DNA from: Terriglobia bacterium
GTDB taxonomy: Bacteria > Acidobacteriota > Terriglobia > Bryobacterales > UBA6623
Length of the DNA stretch: 64,000 nucleotides
Assembly (NCBI GenBank): GCA_009841225.1
Contig: VXMF01000037.1
Span: 31,875 to 95,874, forward strand
Direction: 5' to 3'
The notes below the pieces were generated by a model, which saw only the letters and a list, made by a program, of their open reading frames with translations, was not told the DNA's origin and ran no database searches. This document shows positions 9,520 through 19,577 of the stretch, piece after piece. Position 1 is the first letter of the stretch. The number at the start of each line of letters is the position of its first letter. A program made the position numbers and the translations under genes.

Positions 9520-10638
9520 ATGGACACGGCGACCATTCGAGCGCATTTCCCCGTAACCGCGCGATACGCGTATTTCAACAACGCCGCCATCGGACCGCTG
9601 TCGAGGCCGGCCGCATTGGCAATGCAGGGACAGGTCGAATCTGCCCTAGCGCGCGGCGTCCACGGCTACGGCAGCTGGACCGAGGAATACGCCGGGGTGC
9701 GCGTTGAGACAGCTGCCATGCTCGGCTGCTCTCCGGACGAAGTGGCGATCACCAAGAACACCTCCGAGGGGCTTTGCGCGATCGCCAACGGGCTCGACTG
9801 GCGCACCGGCGACGTCGTGGTCGGGCTCGCCAGCGACTTCCCGGCCAACTACGTGCCTTGGCGGGAATTGCAGCAGAGGCGCGGGGTCCGCTTCCGCAGT
9901 TTGGAGCTGCGCTGCGGCCTCCTCGAGTTGGAAGACCTGGACCGAGCATGCAGCGGCGCTCGGCTGGCGGCTCTGAGCTACGTCCATTTCCTGACCGGCT
10001 TTCGGTGGGACCTGGCAGCGGTCGGCGAGATCTGCCGGCGCCGCGACTGCTTGCTCGCGCTGGACGCCGTGCAAGGCATGGGCGCGTTCCCGATCGATGT
10101 CAGGGCTTGCGGCGTTCATGCGCTAGCGGCATCCGCCCACAAATGGCTGGTCGGACCCGAGGGCTGCGGCGTGTTGTATGTCGACCGCGATCTCATGCCG
10201 CAGGTAGTCCCGGTCGAGTATGGCTGGGCAAGCTTGGAGGGTTTCGAGGAATACCGCCACGACGGCGGCCTGCATCCGGATGCTCGCAGGTACGAATGCG
10301 GCACGCTGAACTCGGCGGGCTGCGCCGGACTGCGCGCATCGATGGCGCTGCTGAATCGCATCGGCCCAGACTTCTCCTCGCGCCATATCCACGCGTTGGC
10401 CCAGCAGCTGCTCTCGGGCGCGCTGGGGAAGGGCTACGAGGCTGCTGCCGAACGCACCCACGACAACGGCTCGGGGATCGTGTCGTTGCGCAAGCGCGGC
10501 GTGGATCCGGCTGCGGCCGTTCAAACCCTGCTGGAGGATCGGGTGTCAGTGGCGGAGCGCATGGGCTGGATCCGCGTGGCGCCGCACGTCTACAACAGCG
10601 CAGAAGAGATTGACCGGCTGGTGCACCTGCTGCCGTAG
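9520..10638 (+). CDS. Class V PLP-dependent aminotransferase (cysteine desulfurase / selenocysteine lyase-like)
   Basis: YFNNAA, NTSEG, DAVQ, SAHKW (PLP Lys), E.GT, R.APHVYN. Confidence 0.88.
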   Translation: MDTATIRAHFPVTARYAYFNNAAIGPLSRPAALAMQGQVESALARGVHGYGSWTEEYAGVRVETAAMLGCSPDEVAITKNTSEGLCAIANGLDWRTGDVVVGLASDFPANYVPWRELQQRRGVRFRSLELRCGLLELEDLDRACSGARLAALSYVHFLTGFRWDLAAVGEICRRRDCLLALDAVQGMGAFPIDVRACGVHALAASAHKWLVGPEGCGVLYVDRDLMPQVVPVEYGWASLEGFEEYRHDGGLHPDARRYECGTLNSAGCAGLRASMALLNRIGPDFSSRHIHALAQQLLSGALGKGYEAAAERTHDNGSGIVSLRKRGVDPAAAVQTLLEDRVSVAERMGWIRVAPHVYNSAEEIDRLVHLLP

Positions 10639-10668
10639 CGAGGCAATCGCGGCCCGCAGCCGCTCGCT

Positions 10669-12204
10669 ATGATGCTTGTCGGAATGCGAACCCTCCACAC
10701 GTGCGTGGCAACTCTCTGCCTAGCAACCGCCGCTCTCGCCCAGACGGCCACCTACGACGAGCCCTACCGGCCCCAATTCCACTTCTCGCCCGCCGTCAAC
10801 TGGACCAACGATCCCAATGGCTTGGTCTACCACGCCGGCGAGTGGCATCTGTTCTACCAGTACAACCCCTTCGGCGATCTGTGGGGCCACATGAGCTGGG
10901 GCCACGCCGTGAGCCCGGACTTGTTCCACTGGAAGCACCTGCCGGTGGCTCTGCCGGAAGTTGGCGAGGTCATGATCTTCTCCGGCAGCGCTGTGGTGGA
11001 TCACGCCAACAGCTCCGGCTTCGGCAGCGCCGGCAAGCCGCCGATGGTGGCTATCTACACCAGCCGCACTGCAAGCGACCAAACCCAGTCCATCGCTTAC
11101 AGCACCGACAAGGGGCGGACGTGGACCGACTACGAGGGCAATCCGGTGATCGACATCGACGATCCGGCATTCCGCGACCCGAAGGTTTTCTGGCACGCCG
11201 AATCCAACCGCTGGATCATGGCTGTAGTGCTGGCCAACCAGCGCAAGGTCTGGCTGTTCGGATCGCCGGACTTGAAGAGCTGGAAGTTCCTCAGCGACTT
11301 CGGGCCCGAAGGGGCGCATCCCGTGCGCAACTGGGAGTGCCCGGACCTTTTCGAACTCCCGGTCGAGGGCGAGCCGGGCGAGAGCAAGTGGATCCTGCAG
11401 GTCGATTCCGGGATGGGGCATCCCTGGCTGGGCTCGGGCTGCCAGTATTTCGTGGGCGAGTTTGACGGCGAGAGGTTCATCAACGACAACCCGCCGGAGA
11501 CCGCTCTATGGCTGGACTGGGGGCGCGACTTCTACGCCGCCCAGTCCTATTCCGATGTCCCGCAGGAGGACGGACGGCGGCTCGTCATCGGCTGGATCAG
11601 CAACTGGATGTACGCGCGGGACAAGCCGACCTCCCCGTGGCGCGGCGCCCAATCCGTGGCCCGCGAGCTGCGACTGAAGCGCTTCGACAAGGGTCTCCGC
11701 CTCGTCCAGCAGCCCGCTCGTGAGATCGAGGATTTGCGCGGCAAGAGCCTGAGCCTGCGCGACCTGAGCGTCGGCGAGGCAAACCGCCAGATCGAGCGGG
11801 CGGGGTTCTCCGGCGATACGCTCGAGCTTCAACTCGTCGTGGCCTTGGACAGTGCCAAGGATGTCGGAATTGGCTTGCTGGAGGGTGGCGGCGAGGAGAC
11901 GCTGGTCGGATTCACGGCTGCTCCGGCAGAGGTCTACATCGACCGCAGCAAATCGGGGAGGGTCGATTTCCACGAATCCTTTGCGGGTCGGCACTCGGCA
12001 AGGTTGGAGCCGGCGCAGAGCCAGGTCCGCTTGCGGATCTTGGTAGACCGCTCGGTGGTGGAAGTGTTCGCGGGCGAGGGAGAGGTGGCCATCACGGACC
12101 GAGTCTTCCCGTCGCCGTCCAGCACGGGACTGTCGCTCTTCGAGGAGGGCGGCAGCGCACGCGTCGTGTCGCTCGACGCATGGCAACTCAAGTCGGTTTG
12201 GTAG
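10669..12204 (+). CDS. GH32 beta-fructosidase / levanase, exported
   Basis: WTNDPNG, WGHAVS, FSGSAVVD, RDPKV, WECPD catalytic motifs; C-terminal DRSVVEVF. Confidence 0.95.
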   Translation: MMLVGMRTLHTCVATLCLATAALAQTATYDEPYRPQFHFSPAVNWTNDPNGLVYHAGEWHLFYQYNPFGDLWGHMSWGHAVSPDLFHWKHLPVALPEVGEVMIFSGSAVVDHANSSGFGSAGKPPMVAIYTSRTASDQTQSIAYSTDKGRTWTDYEGNPVIDIDDPAFRDPKVFWHAESNRWIMAVVLANQRKVWLFGSPDLKSWKFLSDFGPEGAHPVRNWECPDLFELPVEGEPGESKWILQVDSGMGHPWLGSGCQYFVGEFDGERFINDNPPETALWLDWGRDFYAAQSYSDVPQEDGRRLVIGWISNWMYARDKPTSPWRGAQSVARELRLKRFDKGLRLVQQPAREIEDLRGKSLSLRDLSVGEANRQIERAGFSGDTLELQLVVALDSAKDVGIGLLEGGGEETLVGFTAAPAEVYIDRSKSGRVDFHESFAGRHSARLEPAQSQVRLRILVDRSVVEVFAGEGEVAITDRVFPSPSSTGLSLFEEGGSARVVSLDAWQLKSVW

Positions 12205-12398
12205 TGAGCTGCGAACAGCCTCGCTACTAATCTCGGACCGTCGGGCCGAAGCCAGTCAGCTGCATACGCTAGGGCTTGGAGCACGAAAAATGCCGACGGA
12301 CCGCATTCGCAGGAACGCCGCGCATTGACAGCCGCAGGTAGACGGACTCGGGCCGGTGACGCGTCCCGGAACGCAACCGACGCATCGCGCTACAGTCG

Positions 12399-13238
12399 GT
12401 GGATAGGGGGAAGAACACTCCGATGCCTATAGACAACGGCTCACTTCCGATGCGACTGTTCACGGCTACGCACGGACGCGCCTGGGACCCCGCCGATATT
12501 GACTTCTCGCAGGAGCAGTCTGATTGGCTGGCGCTCACGGACTACGAGGGCCAGCTACTGTTGCGTCTGGTCTCGGGCTTCCGGATCGGCGAGCGCGGCG
12601 TGGCCCACGAACTGGCCCCCTTGCAGCTTTGGTTCCGCCGCCACGGCTGGATCGAAGAGGAGCTCTTCGCCGCGGCACAGATGTACGAAGAGGCTCGGCA
12701 CGTCCAGTTCTTCGAGCGCTGGCTGATCGAGGCGCTGCCAGGCCGGTTCGGTGTTGACATCCCCTATCCGGACCTCCAAGGCGACATGTTCTCCGTCCGC
12801 TTGCCGCGGACCATGCAGGCGCTATTGAGAGACGACAGCCCTGAGGCCTTGTTGCGAGCCGTGATGCTGTACCACTTTTACGTCGAGGGCGTGGGCGCTG
12901 AAGCAGGTTATACCGTGTTCCACGCGATTTTCGAGCGGAGCGGCCGTTTCCCTGGCCTCCGGCAGGGCATCCGGCTCATCCAGCGCGACGAGACTCGGCA
13001 CATCTCCTTCGGCGTGCACGTCCTGCAGAAACTGCTGGGCGAGCATGGGCGCCTAGACGACCTGTTCGAGAACGAAGCCGCAGCCCTGCGCCCCCAAGCC
13101 GAAGAGGATTCCGAACAGATCCTGGCCGGGTTCGCAGCGGGGAGCATCCCATTCGGCGTGGACTCCGCTGCCTACCGCCAGTGCTACCTCGACAGGCTCG
13201 ACGAGATGCGGCGGCAAGTGGCTGGTGGTGAGCAGTAG
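12399..13238 (+). CDS. R2-like ligand-binding oxidase (R2lox, Mn/Fe ferritin-like)
   Basis: WDPADIDFSQE, GERGV, EEARH, YHFYVEG, DETRH metal-ligand pattern; no adjacent ribonucleotide reductase R1. Confidence 0.85.
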   Translation: MDRGKNTPMPIDNGSLPMRLFTATHGRAWDPADIDFSQEQSDWLALTDYEGQLLLRLVSGFRIGERGVAHELAPLQLWFRRHGWIEEELFAAAQMYEEARHVQFFERWLIEALPGRFGVDIPYPDLQGDMFSVRLPRTMQALLRDDSPEALLRAVMLYHFYVEGVGAEAGYTVFHAIFERSGRFPGLRQGIRLIQRDETRHISFGVHVLQKLLGEHGRLDDLFENEAAALRPQAEEDSEQILAGFAAGSIPFGVDSAAYRQCYLDRLDEMRRQVAGGEQ

Positions 13239-13313
13239 GTTTACATCGACGGCGAGCTTCGGGCTGGATCTGCAGTCGAGCGACGAACATTAGAGGGTCG
13301 GCCTTGATTCACG

Positions 13314-13341
13314 AGCATATTCACACACTTGCCGATATGCT
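13314..13341 (+). promoter_or_regulatory. Inverted repeat (AGCATAT-N14-ATATGCT) overlapping the -10 TATGCT of the antitoxin gene
   Basis: 7-bp inverted repeat; right arm contains TATGCT, 6 nt before the GTG start. Confidence 0.4.
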
Positions 13342-13347
13342 GATCGC

Positions 13348-13587
13348 GTGAGAACTACGGTCGATATCGATGACGCGTTGATGGTCGCAACCAAGTCCTT
13401 TGCAGAGCGTAACCAGAAAACCCTGAAGGCAGTGGTGGAGCAGGCTCTGCGCGAACTGTTGTCGAGCCCGTCGCGACAGGACTCGGACGCTCCGCCGATT
13501 CCGGTAATCAGCGGCAAAGGCGTGCAGCCTGGAGTGGACCTGACCGACAACTCAGCCACTGAGGACCTCATGGACGCAAGGTCCTGA
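13348..13587 (+). CDS. VapB-like ribbon-helix-helix antitoxin
   Basis: MRTTVDIDDAL...LKAVVEQALR; C-terminal G..PGVDL.D typical of VapB partners. Confidence 0.8.
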   Translation: MRTTVDIDDALMVATKSFAERNQKTLKAVVEQALRELLSSPSRQDSDAPPIPVISGKGVQPGVDLTDNSATEDLMDARS

Positions 13588-13700
13588 CGCTAACAGGCTG
13601 GAGAATGCGTGTCGGCGGGACGCGTTCCATCACGCCCACTGCTGCACATGGCCGGACGCCGCTGCTTCGTGTAGCGAACCGGCCGGGGCAAGAAGTGGCG
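13580..13700 (+). pseudogene. Relic N-terminus of a VapC PIN toxin
   Basis: Frame overlapping the antitoxin stop reads PDANRLENACRRDAFHHAHCCTWPDAAASCSEPAG, resembling VapC PDVNVLVYA.R.D..HH...W......EP.G; no start codon; truncated. Confidence 0.55.
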
Positions 13701-13737
13701 CAATAATATTCCGAAGCTGGTCCGCTCGCTAAGACCC

Positions 13738-15426
13738 ATGCAGATCATTCGCAAGGATCACGATATCTTCGACGCCGTCGTTGTCGGTTCCGGCGCGACG
13801 GGCGGCTGGGTCGCCAAGACGCTCGCCGAGGCGGGCATGCAGGTGGCCCTGCTGGAGGCCGGCCACCGCACCACCGAGGCCGAGTTCACCGAACACCTGC
13901 GTACCTACGACCTCAAGTACCGCGGTCAGTCCCCTGAAATCGCTCGAAATCGTCCGATCCAGAGCATGAAGTACGCCTGTCGCGAGTCGAACTTCAAGTG
14001 GTTCGTCGACGACATCCGCAATCCCTACACCTATCCGGCGGACAAGCCATTCCAGTGGACGCGCGGCCGCCAGCTTGGAGGGCGGTCCTTGACCTGGGCA
14101 CGCCAGAGCTACCGTCTGTCGCCGCTGGACTTCTCTGCGGCCAGCCATGACGGCTACGGCGAGAACTGGCCTATGACGTATGAGGAAATGGCCCCGTACT
14201 ACGAGACAGTCGAGCGCTACGTCGGCATCAGCGGCGAACCGCTCGGCCTCATGCAGTTCCCCGACAGCATCATGCAGCCGCCGATGGCGATGACCTGTGG
14301 CGAGAAGCACTTCGAGCAGAAGGTCAACGCCCGCTTCGATCGCAACGTCACCATCGGCCGCACCGCGATCCTGACCAGGCCGCTGAACGGCCGCCAGCCA
14401 TGCCACTACTGCGGCCCGTGCGAACACGGCTGCGTCACGCATTCGTACTTCTCCAGCGTTTGGACCACCGTTGCTGACGCCGAGAAGTCGGGCAACTGCA
14501 AGGTGCTAACGGACGCGGTTGTCTCCCACGTCACCACTGACAAAGACACCGGCCTCGCCGACGGCGTGGCCTACTACGATCGCCTGACTCGCGCGCCGAG
14601 GAAGCTCCGCGCCAAGGTCGTGGTCCTCTCGGCGTCGACCTTGGAATCGACCCGCATCCTGCTGAACTCAGGCGATGGCTTTTGCAACTCCTCGGGCGCG
14701 CTGGGCCACTACGTCATGGACCATATGTACGGAGGCGTCTCGGGCGTGCTGCCGGTCAAGGAAAGCAAGCGCTGGGCCGGCCCGCCTCAGCGCCCCAACG
14801 GGCTCTATCTGCCGCGCTATCTCAACGTCGAGCGCCCTCACACCAATGGCATGATCCGCGGCTTCGGCGCTCAGATGCGCAACAGCTCCAGTTACGGCTC
14901 GCCTAGAGCGATTGCGGCCATTCCCGGCTTCGGGAAAGGCTTCAAGCGCTCCGTGCTCGAATCCGAATCCTACTGGCGCTTCAGCTTGGGGACCTCGTCC
15001 GAGTGCCTGGCGCGCTACGAGAACTACGTCAAGCTCGATCCGTATGTCAAGGACGCCTGGGGCATCCCGGCTCTGCACATGAACGTGACCTGGAGCGACA
15101 ACGAGATGCGCCTGTTCAACTACTCCGCCGACGCCGGCGAGGAAATGTTGCTGGCTGCCGGGGCCGAAGACATTCGCAAGATCGCGACGCCGCGCTGGCC
15201 CGGCGGTGCCACGCACGAGGTGGGCACGGCGCGCATGGGCAACGATCCTCGCAAGTCAGTTCTCAACAAGTGGGGCCAAGCTCACGATGTCAAGAACCTG
15301 TTCGTCACTGATGGCGCCGCCTTCGTTACGATCGGTTGCGTCAACCCCACGCTCACCATGATGGCGCTTGCACGGCGAGCGTCCGAGTACTTGGTCGAGG
15401 CCGCCAAACGAGGCGAACTCGCATAG
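13738..15426 (+). CDS. GMC family FAD oxidoreductase (glycoside 3-dehydrogenase-like large subunit)
   Basis: VVGSGATGG FAD motif, LGGRSLTW, CHYCGPC..GC Fe-S motif, HEVGTARMG, NPTLT. Confidence 0.92.
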   Translation: MQIIRKDHDIFDAVVVGSGATGGWVAKTLAEAGMQVALLEAGHRTTEAEFTEHLRTYDLKYRGQSPEIARNRPIQSMKYACRESNFKWFVDDIRNPYTYPADKPFQWTRGRQLGGRSLTWARQSYRLSPLDFSAASHDGYGENWPMTYEEMAPYYETVERYVGISGEPLGLMQFPDSIMQPPMAMTCGEKHFEQKVNARFDRNVTIGRTAILTRPLNGRQPCHYCGPCEHGCVTHSYFSSVWTTVADAEKSGNCKVLTDAVVSHVTTDKDTGLADGVAYYDRLTRAPRKLRAKVVVLSASTLESTRILLNSGDGFCNSSGALGHYVMDHMYGGVSGVLPVKESKRWAGPPQRPNGLYLPRYLNVERPHTNGMIRGFGAQMRNSSSYGSPRAIAAIPGFGKGFKRSVLESESYWRFSLGTSSECLARYENYVKLDPYVKDAWGIPALHMNVTWSDNEMRLFNYSADAGEEMLLAAGAEDIRKIATPRWPGGATHEVGTARMGNDPRKSVLNKWGQAHDVKNLFVTDGAAFVTIGCVNPTLTMMALARRASEYLVEAAKRGELA

Positions 15427-15658
15427 GCCGCTGGTCGACGAGAGGATGTGGCTAGAGCGCTAGACGTACGCATCAAGAAAGTGTTAGAGTTCCCGTACTG
15501 ATCGTGTAGTTTCTCTGGGCCGGTCTTGGCGCGCCCGAGGCTTGGTGAGTGGAAATCCACAGTCAGCTATGCGAGCTTAGCGAAACGAGAGGCCGTGCTG
15601 GCTGCATACGCGTGGAGCGAGGTCTTGCAGGTATCTCGGAGTAAAGGAGAGCACTAAC

Positions 15659-15958
15659 ATGTATTTCGTAGTCTTCGCGACTCACAAGCAGGAAATGGGA
15701 TCGGAACGGCTCCGTTTGTCGGACGCGTTCACCGATTACGTCCACGATTCCACCCATCATCCTGACGTGACCCTACATCACGGTGGACCGACGCTTGGCG
15801 AAAATGACGAGACCGTTACTGGCTTGCTGTTGGTGCTCGAAGCCCCCTCGCTCGACGCCGCACGGGCGTTTCTCGCCGACAGCCCTTATGCCGAAGCGGG
15901 CATTTTCGCCCACTCCCACATCCGGGCATGGAACTGGTTGACGGGACGCCCCGGCTAG
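15659..15958 (+). CDS. YciI family protein
   Basis: GGP, G.LLVLEA.S...A..F...D.PY motifs; strong RBS AAGGAGA. Confidence 0.8.
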   Translation: MYFVVFATHKQEMGSERLRLSDAFTDYVHDSTHHPDVTLHHGGPTLGENDETVTGLLLVLEAPSLDAARAFLADSPYAEAGIFAHSHIRAWNWLTGRPG

Positions 15959-16215
15959 GCGCGTTGCGTGCCGCCGGCACTTCAGATTCTCAGCGGATTC
16001 CCCTAGGAGTCGTTCCGGGCGGAGGATGTCGAACAAGAGCTGAGATGGAGCGAGTACGGATACTTCTCCTGGGCTGCAGCTCCGGAGGTATGCAGGAAGT
16101 CGCGCACGAGCGGCGGGCCGGTCGTCCTCGGGACACGAATCCCTCCAGCGGGGAATCTGGACCTCTCTGGGCGTGACGATCAACGGGGCGTGCAGGGGCT
16201 AGCCTAGGGGGCCGC

Positions 16216-17976
16216 TTGAGCAACAGTTACAAGCAGCGCGCACCAGCCGTTCGCTACGAGCCCGACGAGAATCCCCCGGCGGCCCTGGCTCTGGGCTCGG
16301 GCCTGCAGCTCGTAGTTCTCGGCATAACCAGCATTATCCTGATCCCCACGATCGTCATCCGGGTCGCCGGCGGAACCGATGAGTACCTGTCCTGGGCCGT
16401 GTTCGGCGCGGTCACCGTCAGCGGCATCTGCACGGCGCTGCAAGCGGTTCGGCTGGGCCGGGTCGGAGCGGGATACGTGCTGTTCATGGGTCCTGCCGGA
16501 GCTTATATCGGGGTCTGCGTCAGCGCGCTCAGCGAGGGCGGGCCATCCCTGCTTGCGACTCTGGTTGTCGCGTCGTCGCTCGTCCCGATCGTGATATCGT
16601 TGCGGCTTGCCCTGTTCAGGCGGCTATTGACACCGACCATCGTTGGCACGGTGAACATGCTGGTACCGGCAACCGTCCTGCCGGTCGTATTCAGTCGCCT
16701 GGCCGATGCGCCGGACGACATGGCTCTGGCCGCGCCGCTCACTGCAGTGGCGACGATTCTGGTCATCAGCGGCATCTCCCTGACGGCCGGGAGAACCCTG
16801 CGTTTGTGGGCTCCGATCGTCGGGGTCGTTGCAGGTTCGGCAATTGGCGGGTCGTTAGGGCTCTATGATCTGGACCGAGTCGCCCGGGCTCCCTGGATCG
16901 GTCTGCCGCAGGGCGACTGGCCAGGGATTGGGCTCGACCTCGGACCGGCGTTCGTAGAGCTTCTTCCTGCCTTCGTCTTCGTGGCTCTCATCGGTGCTAT
17001 CCAGACGATTACTGCCGCGGTCACCATCCAGCGTGTGTCGTGGCGCCGGCCGCGGGCCGTGGACTACCGGGCGGTGGAGGGCGCTGCGACTGCAGACGGC
17101 TTAGGCAAGCTGCTGTCGGGTCTCACGGCAATCGTGCCCACACAGACCATCGCGGTCAGTGTTGCGATAGTCGAGCTCACGGGAGTCGCGGCGCGGCGCG
17201 CGGGAATCGCCGCCGGTGGCGTACTGATGGTGGTGGCGTTCCTGCCCAAGGCCCTGGCGCTGATCCTGGCGATTCCTAGCCCGGTCGTCGTCGCCTATCT
17301 AACCGTCGTGCTGGCGATGAGCTTCGTGCGCGGCATGACGGAGGTGGTGCAGGGAGGGATGGATCATCGCAAGGGGCTGATTTCCGGTGTCGCCTTCTGG
17401 GTAGGCGTCGGCTGCCAGAACGACCTGCTCTTCCCCGAGCTGCTTGCAGAATTCGCGGGCGGTCTCCTGCGGAACGGCATCACGGCCGGCAGTGTTGTGG
17501 TGATTCTCATGACCCTTTTCTTGGAGGCGACGGCACCGCGCCGCAGCCGGATCGAAGCGGAGCTCAATCCTTCCGTGCTGCCGAAGATCAGGGAGTTTGT
17601 CAGCAAGTTCGCGTCCCGCAGCGGCATGGGAGAGAAGATGGTTGACCGCCTCGACGCCGCCTCCGAGGAAACGTTGCTGACGCTGATCGCGCAGGATGAG
17701 AACCGCGAGAAGCCGGAGCGGCGGCGGTTGCTGCTAACGGCTCGCAAGGAAGCCGGCGGAGCCGTGCTCGAGTTCGTAACGGCGTCCGGCGAGGAAAACC
17801 TTCAGAATCGGATCGGATTGCTCGCCGACACGCCCGACGAGGTGCCGGTGGAGCGCGAGGTCTCGCTTCGGCTGCTGCGCCACATCGCGTCCTCTGTTCG
17901 CCACCAGCAGTTCCACGACCTCGACATTGTGACTGTCCACGTGGAACTCCCGGAGACGGGCGACGCGGGCGGCTAA
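16216..17976 (+). CDS. NCS2 (xanthine/uracil permease-like) transporter fused to a C-terminal degenerate HATPase/anti-sigma-like domain
   Basis: Y..DE.PP, SGICTALQ, GRVGAG, ADGLG, PK.....AIP.PV NCS2 motifs; soluble tail LPKIREFV..FA...RLDAASEETL...SLRLLRHIASSV. Confidence 0.75.
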   Translation: MSNSYKQRAPAVRYEPDENPPAALALGSGLQLVVLGITSIILIPTIVIRVAGGTDEYLSWAVFGAVTVSGICTALQAVRLGRVGAGYVLFMGPAGAYIGVCVSALSEGGPSLLATLVVASSLVPIVISLRLALFRRLLTPTIVGTVNMLVPATVLPVVFSRLADAPDDMALAAPLTAVATILVISGISLTAGRTLRLWAPIVGVVAGSAIGGSLGLYDLDRVARAPWIGLPQGDWPGIGLDLGPAFVELLPAFVFVALIGAIQTITAAVTIQRVSWRRPRAVDYRAVEGAATADGLGKLLSGLTAIVPTQTIAVSVAIVELTGVAARRAGIAAGGVLMVVAFLPKALALILAIPSPVVVAYLTVVLAMSFVRGMTEVVQGGMDHRKGLISGVAFWVGVGCQNDLLFPELLAEFAGGLLRNGITAGSVVVILMTLFLEATAPRRSRIEAELNPSVLPKIREFVSKFASRSGMGEKMVDRLDAASEETLLTLIAQDENREKPERRRLLLTARKEAGGAVLEFVTASGEENLQNRIGLLADTPDEVPVEREVSLRLLRHIASSVRHQQFHDLDIVTVHVELPETGDAGG

Positions 17977-17980
17977 ATCC

Positions 17981-19399
17981 GTGACCGGCCGCAGGGCATT
18001 CGTGTTGCGCGTGCTGGCCGGGCCAGCTGCGTTCGCCGTCGTCCGTGCCGCGCCCCTGGCCGGCCTTGCGCCGGAAGCGCACCTCGCCCTCGGCGTGTAC
18101 GCCTGGACCGTCGCGTGGTGGGTGACCACGCCAGTGCCGTGGGCGGTCACCAGCTTCCTGCCGTTCGTGATCCTCCCTCTCGCCGGGGTGATGCCCTTCT
18201 CCGACGTGGCCGACAGCTACGGGCACGTGATCCTGCCCTACTTGATGGGCGTCATGCTCTTCGGCCATGCATTTCAAAAGCACGGCCTAGCGAAGAGAAT
18301 CGCCCTCGCCGCGCTATGTGTGCCCGGCGTGGCGCGATCCGGCACCGGTTTGATCTTCACGATCCTAGTCGTGTCCGCGGTGATGTCCGCGGCGGTCAGT
18401 GACCTGGCGGTCATCGTGATGATGACGCCGGTCGCGCTGTCGCTCACGCGTTCGGTGGCAGCCGGCGCCACGCGCATGTCGGCGGCAGCGTGCCTAGCCG
18501 TTCTGTACGGCGCTGCGGCCGGAGGGCTGGCAACGCCCGCAGGCATCGTCTTCAATGCGCTGACCCTCTCGCTGCTGGAACAGCTCACGAGCTACAGCGT
18601 CAGCTTCGTACAGTGGACGTCGACCGGCGTCCTCTTGGCGGCGGCCCACTTCCCGGTCTGCTATCTGATCCTGAGACTGATGCTGCCACCCGAAGTGCGG
18701 GCCATCCCCGATGCGCGCAAGCGATTTCTGAAGGAACGCGAGCGGCTGGGACCGATGAGCCGAGGCGAAAGAAACGTCCTGTTCGTGCTGATTCTGATGC
18801 TGGTGCTGTGGACGCTACCCACAGTCGCAGAGATCGGGTTTCTCGACATCTGGTACGTGCCCCCGGTGGCCATGGTGCTGCTCTTCTTGTTGCCAGTCGA
18901 CGCGAAGCGCACCGCAATGACCTTGAGAGTCCGGGATTTTCAGGAAGGCGTCGCATGGAACATGCTGTACCTAGTGCTCGGCGGGATGGCACTAGCGGAC
19001 ATATTGACGACACTGGGCACGATCGAGTGGCTCGCCGGTCTGCTGACGGGCAGCGTTACCGCCGGGGCGTTGCCCTGGGTTGCGGGCCTGGCCACACCGC
19101 TGTTGACACAACTGACCAGCGGAACGGCAACGTCGATCATGGTTTCGACGATTCTCTTCCCGATCGCGGACGCTCTTGGCTACAACGCTGCGATTCTCGC
19201 CCGCATCATCGCCGGCACGGCCCAAGCGGTGGCGTTTCCTTGGTCCAGTCCAGCGTCGGCCGCGACATTCGCGTTTGGCGCCGTTGGATTCGGGACCATG
19301 TTCAGAGTCGGCCTCGTCGCCACCGTGCTGACGTCGATCATCGTGATCGCGCTGAGCATGACCCTAGTGCCGGCCCTACAAGCGTTCTCGATGGGGTGA
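17981..19399 (+). CDS. SLC13/DASS family anion permease
   Basis: WWVT.PVPW.VTS.LP, HGLAKRIAL, GGLATP.G...N; multiple TM helices; 4 nt after the NCS2 gene. Confidence 0.82.
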   Translation: MTGRRAFVLRVLAGPAAFAVVRAAPLAGLAPEAHLALGVYAWTVAWWVTTPVPWAVTSFLPFVILPLAGVMPFSDVADSYGHVILPYLMGVMLFGHAFQKHGLAKRIALAALCVPGVARSGTGLIFTILVVSAVMSAAVSDLAVIVMMTPVALSLTRSVAAGATRMSAAACLAVLYGAAAGGLATPAGIVFNALTLSLLEQLTSYSVSFVQWTSTGVLLAAAHFPVCYLILRLMLPPEVRAIPDARKRFLKERERLGPMSRGERNVLFVLILMLVLWTLPTVAEIGFLDIWYVPPVAMVLLFLLPVDAKRTAMTLRVRDFQEGVAWNMLYLVLGGMALADILTTLGTIEWLAGLLTGSVTAGALPWVAGLATPLLTQLTSGTATSIMVSTILFPIADALGYNAAILARIIAGTAQAVAFPWSSPASAATFAFGAVGFGTMFRVGLVATVLTSIIVIALSMTLVPALQAFSMG

Positions 19400-19577
19400 C
19401 GAACAGCAGCAGACCGCTCCAGCCCGGACACATGTCCGAGGCTCCGACAACGTACTCCTGTGGAATGATACGCTCATGCTGGTGGTCGGTCGCCCAGCAA
19501 ATTAAGGCCGACGATTTCGAGACTACCCGGCGTCTGGAGAAGCTGGGACGTCCGAACGACCGCCCAGAGAGAACATC

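Noticed and set aside
12399-13238. Ribonucleotide reductase beta subunit
   Set aside because: No R1/nrdA neighbour, and the motifs fit R2lox better.
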